Positions 1 to 8,316 of a stretch of DNA of 64,000 nt are shown piece by piece. The notes beneath the pieces are model-generated. The model worked only from the letters and a program-made list of their open reading frames with translations, was not told where the DNA came from and searched no databases. The position numbers were made by a program, and so were the translations under genes. The stretch is from Bacteroidota bacterium (GTDB taxonomy: Bacteria; Bacteroidota; Bacteroidia; B-17B0; Aurantibacillaceae), in NCBI GenBank assembly GCA_040389965.1, contig JAZJZF010000021.1, forward strand, positions 79,887 through 143,886, in the 5' to 3' direction. Every line of letters starts with the position of its first letter. The first letter of the stretch is position 1.

Positions 1-630
1 TAATTATAGCCGGAAACATCTTTTTTTGAAGTATTAAAATTTGTACTGTAAACCCCAATACTTGCTGTATACCATAAAATAAGCTCATCAATAAAAAACA
101 AATGATTTTGATGAGAAACAATATTTGCAACAAGGTCTTTTTTTAAAGCCCGGAAACTTGAACCAAGTCCGGCATAAGGATTCTCGACCTTTGAGATAGA
201 TTTATAAAATGCTGTAACTGCCCTTCGCGTCAATGATTTTTTGATGTTCTTAGGCATGGCGTACACAACATCTCTATCAATAGTTATAATAGAATTATAT
301 AAAGCAACAATGTCTTTAGGATCATGTTCAAAATCATCGTCAATAGTAATCACAATATTTCCCGTAGAATTATAAAAACCACACAAGGTAGCTTTATGCT
401 GCCCGAAGTTTTTAGCAAGCGAAAATGCTTTGATGTTTTTATGACTTGAGCAAATCTCTTTTATTGCCTGCCAGCTATGGTCTTTACTACAATCGTCCAC
501 AACAATGATTTCAAAAGATTTACCAAATTGGGTCAATACAGAATGAATCTCGCCAATAAGCTTACTTATGCAAGCCGCTGCATTGAACACAGGAATGATA
601 ACTGATATTTCTTTGTCTTCTTGCTGCATC
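1..630 (-). CDS. Family 2 glycosyltransferase, GtrB/ArnC/DPM1-like polyprenyl-phosphate sugar transferase (partial; C-terminus lies beyond window start)
   Basis: Absent from the ORF track because it runs off the window. ATG at 630-628, open for 210 codons to base 1. Translation MQQEDKEISVIIPVFN..IVVDDCSKD..KNFGQHKATLCGF..TGNIVITIDDDFEHDP..RRAVTAFYKSISK..GSSFRAL matches the GT-A fold and the RNFG / D.DLQ.P / G.FR blocks of GtrB/ArnC-type enzymes. Confidence 0.75.
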
Positions 631-631
631 T

Positions 632-1381
632 CTAATTAAAACCTAAAGTTAAACCACCATCCATTTTCAAACAAGTACCAGTAACCCATTTACTGGCATC
701 CGAAATAAAATAAGCCAGTGCCTGTGCAATGTCATCAGGCTCCCCTACTCCCAGAGGATACTGGGCAATCAGCTTATTCATTTCATCCGTATTGATAGCA
801 GCATCCAGTGTACTTTCAAAAATAGCTGTATTTACAAGGGCAGGCTGCAAAATGTTAACCCTTATTTTTTTAGGAACCATCTCAAGCGCCAATACTTTTG
901 CATAACCTTCTAGCGCTGCTTTTGAGCTGATATAAGGCCCTCCGCCAAAATAAGCATGTAGGGTTGATACCGAAGAAATAAACGCGATGGATGCACCGTT
1001 ATTGATTTTCTTTTGTTTTAATAATTCAGATACTGTATGTACTGCCGAAAAATAATTAACGCTAAATACATCTTCCAGGTGCCTGTCCTGTATAAATTTT
1101 ATCGGTACCGGTAAAACCTTGCCACAACAGTGTACAAAGCCATCAATACTATTCATCTCGGCAACTAATTTTTTAATATCATCGCTATGAGTGAGATCTG
1201 CTATAACGAACTGATGCTGATTATTTGCTTTTAACAACGAAAACGTTTCTTTAAGTTTTTCTTCATTTCTTGCCGTAATAATTAACTCCGCACCTAAATT
1301 GCTGAACAGAACAGCGGTTGCTCTTCCTATTCCTGAAGAGGCTCCCGTTATTAATATTTTTTTATGTAGCAATGATATCAA
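632..1381 (-). CDS. Short-chain dehydrogenase/reductase, FabG-like 3-oxoacyl-ACP reductase
   Basis: Rossmann motif ILITGASSGIGRAT and catalytic S..YxxxK (YISSKAAL). The track start at 1405 is a TTG that overlaps the upstream gene by 28 nt. I prefer the TTG at 1381, which forms a TTGA stop/start overlap with that gene. The start is uncertain; the stop is firm. Confidence 0.8.
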   Translation of the reverse strand: MISLLHKKILITGASSGIGRATAVLFSNLGAELIITARNEEKLKETFSLLKANNQHQFVIADLTHSDDIKKLVAEMNSIDGFVHCCGKVLPVPIKFIQDRHLEDVFSVNYFSAVHTVSELLKQKKINNGASIAFISSVSTLHAYFGGGPYISSKAALEGYAKVLALEMVPKKIRVNILQPALVNTAIFESTLDAAINTDEMNKLIAQYPLGVGEPDDIAQALAYFISDASKWVTGTCLKMDGGLTLGFN

Positions 1382-2439
1382 GATAATTCTATTAAAGGTA
1401 AACAAACAATATTCTTAGTTTTGACAAGAGCACTTCCCCACGAAAAACCAACTCCGAAACCGCATAAACACAGGGTCAGTGATTTTTCTTCCAGCATTGC
1501 CGAAGCTTCCGTAATCATCGTAAGTGGAATAGATGCTGAACTCGTATTGCCATATTTTTCGAGTGAATATAATACTTTATGCACATCTGTAATTTTCAAT
1601 TTTTTCCTTACAGATTCATTAATTAATTTATTAGCCTGATGAAAAACAAACAGATCTGTATCCCCAATACTTTGATTGGCCTTGGCATATAACTCATTTA
1701 CATTAGGGGATACCTCTTTTAAAGCAAAGTTAAAGATTCCTATACCATCCAATTTTAAATGCCTTTTCTCTCTTGCAATCCCCGGTTCTATCTCTACCAA
1801 TGTAAACGTATCTTCCTTAATGCCGTTCCTTGAGCCGCCATGTTCTATGTTGATCGCATCTTTCCCGGAACCATCAGACCCCAAATTAAAATACATCGTC
1901 TCTGCCTGGGGATCGTATTCAAAAGCGGTAGCAGAACCGGCATCACCAAATAAAGGATACGCGCTTTTATCTGTATATGCCGTTGATACGGTCGATTTAT
2001 CGCCCACCATCAATAATCCTTTTTTGAGCTGGCCCGAACTCATGAGGTTACTTAATACGTACATGCCATACACATAGCCCGAGCAACCTAAATTAATATC
2101 AAAAGCAAGGCACGATTTTTTAAATCCTAACCTGTCCTGCAAAATAACTGCCGAACCGGGAATAAAATAATCGGGCGATTGAGTAACGACTATAATAACA
2201 TCAATATCGTCTTTGTTCCATTGTAACTTTTCAATAAGCTGTTTCGCCGGTTCATAGCACATATCAGAGGTGGACTGATGTTCGCCTGCAACCCTTCGTT
2301 CTCTTATACCTGTAGTTTTAATAAACAGTTCACGCTCAGGCATAGTAATGTGCTCGTAATTCAAATTAGAATACACAGTAGACGGAACGCTTGCTGCGAT
2401 CCCCTTTAGTGAAACATTATTTACGGTAACAAAACTCAT
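1378..2439 (-). CDS. FabH-like 3-oxoacyl-ACP synthase III (KAS III)
   Basis: 353 aa. The Cys-His-Asn triad is present in context (NLGCSGYVYG, FVFHQANKLI, YGNTSSASIP). An ATGA overlap joins it to the upstream ACP gene. Confidence 0.85.
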   Translation of the reverse strand: MSFVTVNNVSLKGIAASVPSTVYSNLNYEHITMPERELFIKTTGIRERRVAGEHQSTSDMCYEPAKQLIEKLQWNKDDIDVIIVVTQSPDYFIPGSAVILQDRLGFKKSCLAFDINLGCSGYVYGMYVLSNLMSSGQLKKGLLMVGDKSTVSTAYTDKSAYPLFGDAGSATAFEYDPQAETMYFNLGSDGSGKDAINIEHGGSRNGIKEDTFTLVEIEPGIAREKRHLKLDGIGIFNFALKEVSPNVNELYAKANQSIGDTDLFVFHQANKLINESVRKKLKITDVHKVLYSLEKYGNTSSASIPLTMITEASAMLEEKSLTLCLCGFGVGFSWGSALVKTKNIVCLPLIELS

Positions 2440-2675
2440 TCTTTTATATTTTCCTTAACAATATTGTAAAGATCTCTTACTGTAGAGGTATTTTTTAAAT
2501 TATCAGCCGTTAGCTGAACATCAAAATTTGCATCAATAAACGCAATAATAATAAGCGCATACATAGAACTCCAGTTTTTTATATCCCGGTAATTTGTATC
2601 CGGAAACACCGTATTTGGTTCAACGTCTTCAAACTCCGCTACCAGTTGCTCCGTAAATTCTTCTGCTGATATCAT
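2436..2675 (-). CDS. Dedicated acyl carrier protein-like protein
   Basis: 79 aa, acidic, of four-helix ACP size. The candidate phosphopantetheine serine lies in NWSSMYAL rather than the canonical DSL. It sits between two KAS III genes. Confidence 0.65.
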   Translation of the reverse strand: MISAEEFTEQLVAEFEDVEPNTVFPDTNYRDIKNWSSMYALIIIAFIDANFDVQLTADNLKNTSTVRDLYNIVKENIKE

Positions 2676-2689
2676 ATTCTTTTTTTAGT

Positions 2690-3670
2690 TTAATATTCAA
2701 TAATCGTTGCTCCCCAGCTATGGCCAATACCAAAGCCTGCCAGCATTACCTTCATGCCTTTTTTTAAAACTCCCTGCTGTTCGGCATCATCTAAAGCCAC
2801 CGGTATAGTAGACGCTACAGAGTTTCCAAAATTCTTAATATTTATAAAGAATTTTTCTTTAGGGATCTTACATTTTTTGCGAATAACCTCCAGCATAAAG
2901 TAGCTCGCCTGATGAAACACAAACAAATCTATATCTTCCAACTGGTATTGGTATTTTGCTAAAATATCTTTTACTAATCCCGGTACCAGTTTAACAGCAA
3001 ATAAAAATATTTCTGTACTCTGCATTTTCATCTGGCCATATGGCAGATTTGTTTTCTGTAGTATTTCTGGCGTACTGGGTTCCCTGGCAGCACTATTTTC
3101 AACAATTAAATTTTTGTAGCCGCTTCCATCCGTTCCAAAAATAAAATGCTGGGTAAATGAAGATTTGGTAATAATTGTAGCCGTTGCAATATCACTAAAA
3201 ATACTCCTTAGTTCCAGATCATCTTTATGAATAACCGTAGTTGGCATATCGCCGGTAAGAAATAAAACCTTTTCGCACATACCGCTCATTAAATAGGCAT
3301 GCGCCATTCCCAGCCCATATATATAGCCCGAACAGCCATAAGGCAGATCAACACAGCCAATATTTTTTGATAAGCCAAGCCTGTCCTGCAAAATACAGGA
3401 GGTTGCCGGGGCCTTATAATCAAAACCTTCCGAACAAAAGATCAGGAAATCGATCTCGCTTTTATCAATCTGATGTTTTTCTAAAAGAACATCAAAGGCT
3501 TTTACAGCCATATCAGAAGATAATTCGCCCGGAGCAGAAATATACCGCTGTTCAATACCTGTGTTTTTAAATAATTGCTCTTTTGACGTATTAAATTGTG
3601 TTCCTAAATCATCATTCGTTAAAATAGCCGCGGGAAGGTAAGTTGCAATATGATTTAGTAAAACGCCCAT
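2690..3670 (-). CDS. FabH-like 3-oxoacyl-ACP synthase III (second paralogue)
   Basis: 326 aa with the triad present (PYGCSGYIYG, FVFHQASYFM, FGNSVASTIP). First gene of the minus-strand operon. Confidence 0.85.
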   Translation of the reverse strand: MGVLLNHIATYLPAAILTNDDLGTQFNTSKEQLFKNTGIEQRYISAPGELSSDMAVKAFDVLLEKHQIDKSEIDFLIFCSEGFDYKAPATSCILQDRLGLSKNIGCVDLPYGCSGYIYGLGMAHAYLMSGMCEKVLFLTGDMPTTVIHKDDLELRSIFSDIATATIITKSSFTQHFIFGTDGSGYKNLIVENSAAREPSTPEILQKTNLPYGQMKMQSTEIFLFAVKLVPGLVKDILAKYQYQLEDIDLFVFHQASYFMLEVIRKKCKIPKEKFFINIKNFGNSVASTIPVALDDAEQQGVLKKGMKVMLAGFGIGHSWGATIIEY

Positions 3671-3856
3671 AGTATTAAGGTAAATTTATACAATAACATG
3701 AACATAAATAAACTTTCAACCATCTTTTTTTTAGGTCGGGCTATATCACTGTCTTCACTCATAAAAACACCGCTTTTAATAATTACTTTTAGATTTTGTT
3801 TGCAGATTATTAAAAAATACTATACTTTAGAGTACTAATTCTATAAAAACATAATC

Positions 3857-4249
3857 ATGAAAAAACTTCTATCAATTGTATGCCTGTCTGTTTTGATGCT
3901 TTCTGCAAAAGTATATGCCCAATCAAATATCACATGGACTATTAAAGATAATGTTCAAAAAGGGTTCTTTAAAACAAGTACTACTTTCAACACCCATTTT
4001 AGTGGCTTTACTACTAAAGCTCAGTCTGATGTTTTAATTCAAAAAATGAAAGCATTTAGCGATGTAGCTTCTGCAACAACTACAAATGCGGATGCAAATG
4101 GTAACTGCGATTTAAAATTGGTTATGAAGTCGGCTCATGAAAAAAGATATTACCTGGGAGTAGCACAAAAACTAGGGATTCAATACGTTGAAGTAAACGG
4201 TAATAAAAAAACACCTGCCCAGTGGATGGAAGGTAAAACAAAAAAATAA
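3857..4249 (+). CDS. Small secreted hypothetical protein
   Basis: 130 aa with an N-terminal signal peptide (MKKLLSIVCLSVLMLSAKVYA/Q). A hairpin terminator follows. I recognise no family. Confidence 0.55.
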   Translation: MKKLLSIVCLSVLMLSAKVYAQSNITWTIKDNVQKGFFKTSTTFNTHFSGFTTKAQSDVLIQKMKAFSDVASATTTNADANGNCDLKLVMKSAHEKRYYLGVAQKLGIQYVEVNGNKKTPAQWMEGKTKK

Positions 4250-4271
4250 GCATTAAAGATTTTAATAAGTA

Positions 4272-4301
4272 AGCGTCTCAAAATTCTGGGACGCTTTTTT
4301 T
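4272..4301 (+). terminator. Rho-independent terminator
   Basis: agcgtctca / tgggacgct stem (one G-U pair) followed by a T7 run. Confidence 0.6.
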
Positions 4302-4372
4302 ATGAACAATACTTTCCTATATTTAAACTTTAAACATCTGTTTTTATAAAACGTCTATAGTATTACCCCGAT

Positions 4373-6313
4373 ATGATTGCCATATATAAACAACATAAAA
4401 AATTAGTCCTCATATTTTTTATACTTACCTTTTTACTTTACGGCAATGCTTTAAGAAATAAATATGCTCTCGACGATGATTACATTACCGTAACAAATTT
4501 TCCGGTTAAAGGACAGAATTATGTTCCTAATAACGAGCTCATATCAAAAGGCTTTGCCGGAATCGGTAAAATATGGAAAAGCAGGTATGCACACGACGGA
4601 GAATCATCGTTTGATTACAGACCAATTACCAGTACTTCTTTTGCAATAGAATATGGCATTTTTGGCCAGAATCCTTTTGTGAGCCACCTCATCAATATTA
4701 TATTATACGGGCTCACTGTTTTTGTGCTGTTCTGTGTGCTCCTATTGTTATTCGAATCTTACGAGAACAAATTGCTGATAGCAACACTTGCCGCATTTAT
4801 TTTTTTAATTCTCCCTTCGCATACCGAAGTAGTAAATAATATTAAATGCCGCGACGAAATTTTCTCATTTCTCTTTCCGCTCTTTGCATTATGGCACTGC
4901 TTAAAAGCTTATGAAAAGCCTTCTGCAAAACACCTGATCTTAATCATCGTGTTTTTAATTTTGGGATATTACAGTAAGCGTACCGCTGTTATTTTCTTAG
5001 GCGTTATCTCATTAAGCTTTATTCTTTTCAGAAAAGTAAATCTTAAAAAAGTATTAGTAGCGTTTGGCCTGTTTGCTGTCATTTTTATAATTGCGTTCAT
5101 TATCAAGAAACAGGTTATCTCCGAAACATCGATCCGTAAATTTTACCACTTCGAAAACCCTATGTTTACTGAACATTTTTCGTTTATGGATAAACTAATG
5201 GCGGCTATTAAAACCATTGGATACTATATTAAATTTTCTATAATCCCCTACCCTTTCCGTAATTATTATGGAACCAACGTGATTGATATTTCATCAAAAC
5301 CCGACATTTATTTATTTTCAGCTATTTTATTTTTAGCAGGCAGTGGTTGGTATTTCTATAAAACAAAAAACAAAATTTTCCTGTTCGGAGCATTATTATT
5401 CCTCGGAGGTGTTTTTCCTTTCTCTAATTTAATGACACCCGTTGCAGGCGTTGTTGGAGAACGACTCGGCTATAATGCATCCTTGGGAGTTGCTGTAATG
5501 CTCTGTATTTTAATAGCACCTCTTTTTAAGTCTTCAACTTCTTTTACACTGAATGGCCTGCTAAAAAAACCGACTGTATATTTTTCGCCGGTTATATTAA
5601 TTTGTGTTATTCTTATCTGGACAAGGAATACAAACTGGAAAGACAAACTGACTTTATTTGAACATGATATCACACACCTTGAAGTTTCAGCAAAGGCCAA
5701 TAGCCTTATGGCAAACGAATACCTGGAGATGCTGAAAAATCAGAATTTTAAATACCCTCCTGAAACATTAATTCAAAAAGGAATTAAATATTATACGACC
5801 GCCATTAAAAATGATTCCAGTTTTTATTCGGCCTACAATAACGTGGGGGTAATTTACTACTCTTACCTCCGCGATCTTCCTAATGCCAAATTGTATTTTA
5901 AATTAGCATTAAAATCACGCTCTGTCTACCCACAGGCATACGAAAACCTTGGTAATTGCTACAAACAGGAAAACAAAATAGATTCAGCATTTACGTGTTA
6001 TGTCAATGCTTTAAAACAAGATCCAAAACAATACACGGCATATGTAGCCTGTATTAAATTGTTTTATGAAGCAAAACAATACAAAAAAGCCATTGCTATA
6101 AACAAAATAGCACTAAGCTATTATCCTACCGATTACACACTTGTAGGCCAGGAAGCCGACGCTTATTTTATGTTAGGCAATATTAAACTGGCACTCGAAA
6201 AATACGAGGAGGCTTATAATATTTCACCAAGTCCTCAATTAGCCAATTACCTTGCTCTTAAATACCTTGAGCTGGGCGATACGTTAAACTATACCTTATA
6301 TAAAAACAAATAA
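4373..6313 (+). CDS. TMTC/PMT-like GT-C membrane glycosyltransferase with C-terminal TPR domain
   Basis: 646 aa: a polytopic N-terminal half and TPR repeats in the C-terminal third. Ordered motifs are YALDDDY, DYRPI, HLINIILYG, LPSHTEVV..CRD and RNTNWKDKLTLFEHD (DUF1736-like). Confidence 0.8.
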   Translation: MIAIYKQHKKLVLIFFILTFLLYGNALRNKYALDDDYITVTNFPVKGQNYVPNNELISKGFAGIGKIWKSRYAHDGESSFDYRPITSTSFAIEYGIFGQNPFVSHLINIILYGLTVFVLFCVLLLLFESYENKLLIATLAAFIFLILPSHTEVVNNIKCRDEIFSFLFPLFALWHCLKAYEKPSAKHLILIIVFLILGYYSKRTAVIFLGVISLSFILFRKVNLKKVLVAFGLFAVIFIIAFIIKKQVISETSIRKFYHFENPMFTEHFSFMDKLMAAIKTIGYYIKFSIIPYPFRNYYGTNVIDISSKPDIYLFSAILFLAGSGWYFYKTKNKIFLFGALLFLGGVFPFSNLMTPVAGVVGERLGYNASLGVAVMLCILIAPLFKSSTSFTLNGLLKKPTVYFSPVILICVILIWTRNTNWKDKLTLFEHDITHLEVSAKANSLMANEYLEMLKNQNFKYPPETLIQKGIKYYTTAIKNDSSFYSAYNNVGVIYYSYLRDLPNAKLYFKLALKSRSVYPQAYENLGNCYKQENKIDSAFTCYVNALKQDPKQYTAYVACIKLFYEAKQYKKAIAINKIALSYYPTDYTLVGQEADAYFMLGNIKLALEKYEEAYNISPSPQLANYLALKYLELGDTLNYTLYKNK

Positions 6314-6332
6314 CCTCAACGGTGCATACCTG

Positions 6333-8219
6333 ATGAAACTTACAGAACAATTATTGCAAAAAAAATTCCTGTTATTTTTCATGGTATCGCTTTTGCTTTA
6401 TGGCAATACCTTAAAAAACGGTTATGGCATCGATGATCAATTTGTAACCGAAAATAATTATACCAACAAAGGTTTAAAATCCATTAAAAAGATTTTCACA
6501 TCATACTATGCCGACGATGGAAAAAACAATTACGAATACAGGCCTTTTGTAAAAGTTTCTTTTGCACTCGAACATCAGTTGTTTGGTGTAAGGCCATGGG
6601 TTGGTCATTTAATAAACATTATGCTTTATGCACTTTGTTTGTTATTGCTCTACAAAGTTTTACTCATCATTTTCTACAAACATCCTCCGCTATTTAGCCT
6701 TTGCATTGCTCTTGTTTTCGCATTTTTGCCAGTCCATTCAGAGGTGGTAGCAAGTTTAAAAAACAGGGATGTATTGCTGTGTTTTATTTTTTGCATGTGT
6801 ATTATTATAAATGTAGATGCATTTTTCAGAACCAATAATTACCTGTACATTGTATATGCCGCTATCCTTTCGCTAATAGGCTTTTTAACCAAGTATGATC
6901 TGCTTCCTTTTCTGGCAATTACTCCTCTTGTGTTATATAAAAAACATAAGCTTAAAATTAAAGTAGTACCAATACTTATAACTGTTGTTATTTTTCTGGG
7001 TGGTTTTTTTCTTTCGAAACAGGTAAAACATTTATTTCTTAATCGTTCGTTAAGCGAAAGGATTTTTAGCTATACAGAAAACCCTTTATTCTTTAACCAT
7101 GCACTAAGTTTAAAAATATCTGCAGCATTTAATTCTCTGGGGTTTTATTTAAAAATGATGGTGTTTCCTTCAAAAATGGTTTCTTATTATGGTTATGACA
7201 CTATTCCTATCTCACACCTATTTTCGGCTTACGCTATCATTGGCATTATTTTATTTGCAGGAATGGTTTTTTATTTCTTTAAACTGTTTAAAACTGAGAG
7301 TCCTGTGTGGTTTGCCATTGTGTTCTCAGGGCTTTCCATATCCATGTACCTCAACGTGGTTAAAGTAGTGCCGGGTATAGTAGCCGAGCGTTTTATGTTT
7401 TTTGCATCCATCGGCTTTTGTATTTTCATTGTTCATCTGCTATTTACCTATCTCAATAAAAACAATAGTTCCGAAACATTTCAAAAAACAACTACCAATT
7501 TCCGAATAGGTATCCTTGCTCTTTTAGTGATGTATTCGGGCTTTACAATTGCCCGCAATTTTGAATGGAAAAACAGGATTACATTATTTGAGCACGACAT
7601 TAAAAAAAGACCGGAATCCGTTGCATTAAATTTACTTTACAGTAATGAAATACTAACAGGGCTAAGACAGCAGCAAAGCTACTTTTTGACTACTCAAAAT
7701 AAAATGAGTTACATCTCTAAAGCTGCTGAAAGTTTAAACAATGCACTAAAGGTTGACTCTCTTAATACAACTGCTTTAAGTAACCTCGCATATATAAAAC
7801 ATAGTATTTACAAGGACTACAGTGGCGCTATCCCTTATTACAAAAAAGCACTTCGGAAAGATTCAACAAAATTTGAAAGCCAGTTCAATCTGGCCTATTG
7901 TTTATATACTGTTGGTAATAAAGAAGAAGCCGAACACCTTATTTTAAAAATTTACCCGGAACATGCTGATAATCAGCAGGTGCTCGATTTAATGAATTAT
8001 ATTCTAATTGATAATAAAAAATCAACCCAGGGAATTCTTATTTTCGACGAATTGGCAAAAAAGCAACCTGAAAACAATAATATTAATATCATATTAGGAA
8101 ATTTCTACATCTCTATTTCTGACACAATCAATGCGAAAAATGCTTATTCGAAAGCCCTCGAAAACGACCCAAATAACCCACAACTGTTTAAAATAGTCGA
8201 TAAACTGAGTAAACATTAG
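6333..8219 (+). CDS. TMTC/PMT-like GT-C membrane glycosyltransferase with C-terminal TPR domain (tandem paralogue)
   Basis: 628 aa with the same motif series (YGIDDQF, EYRPF, HLINIMLYA, LPVHSEVV..NRD, RNFEWKNRITLFEHD) and TPRs. It lies 19 bp downstream of its paralogue. Confidence 0.8.
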   Translation: MKLTEQLLQKKFLLFFMVSLLLYGNTLKNGYGIDDQFVTENNYTNKGLKSIKKIFTSYYADDGKNNYEYRPFVKVSFALEHQLFGVRPWVGHLINIMLYALCLLLLYKVLLIIFYKHPPLFSLCIALVFAFLPVHSEVVASLKNRDVLLCFIFCMCIIINVDAFFRTNNYLYIVYAAILSLIGFLTKYDLLPFLAITPLVLYKKHKLKIKVVPILITVVIFLGGFFLSKQVKHLFLNRSLSERIFSYTENPLFFNHALSLKISAAFNSLGFYLKMMVFPSKMVSYYGYDTIPISHLFSAYAIIGIILFAGMVFYFFKLFKTESPVWFAIVFSGLSISMYLNVVKVVPGIVAERFMFFASIGFCIFIVHLLFTYLNKNNSSETFQKTTTNFRIGILALLVMYSGFTIARNFEWKNRITLFEHDIKKRPESVALNLLYSNEILTGLRQQQSYFLTTQNKMSYISKAAESLNNALKVDSLNTTALSNLAYIKHSIYKDYSGAIPYYKKALRKDSTKFESQFNLAYCLYTVGNKEEAEHLILKIYPEHADNQQVLDLMNYILIDNKKSTQGILIFDELAKKQPENNNINIILGNFYISISDTINAKNAYSKALENDPNNPQLFKIVDKLSKH

Positions 8220-8316
8220 GTTTAATTTAGTTAAAGGGACAATAAAATGTAGGGTTCCGTAAAAAAAATGTTAACTTAGACTAACATTTTAATTTTATTT
8301 AACAATACATTTTTCT

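Noticed and set aside
1421-3570. Plus-strand ORFs 1421-1639, 1676-2077 and 3367-3570.
   Set aside because: They are antisense to well-supported KAS III genes with intact catalytic motifs, and their translations have no features.
8265-8290. Hairpin aaaatgtta/taacatttt after the second TMTC-like gene, considered as a terminator.
   Set aside because: The stem is almost entirely A-T with one G-C pair and has no clean T tract. It is too weak to call, so read-through into the giant gene at 8317 remains possible.
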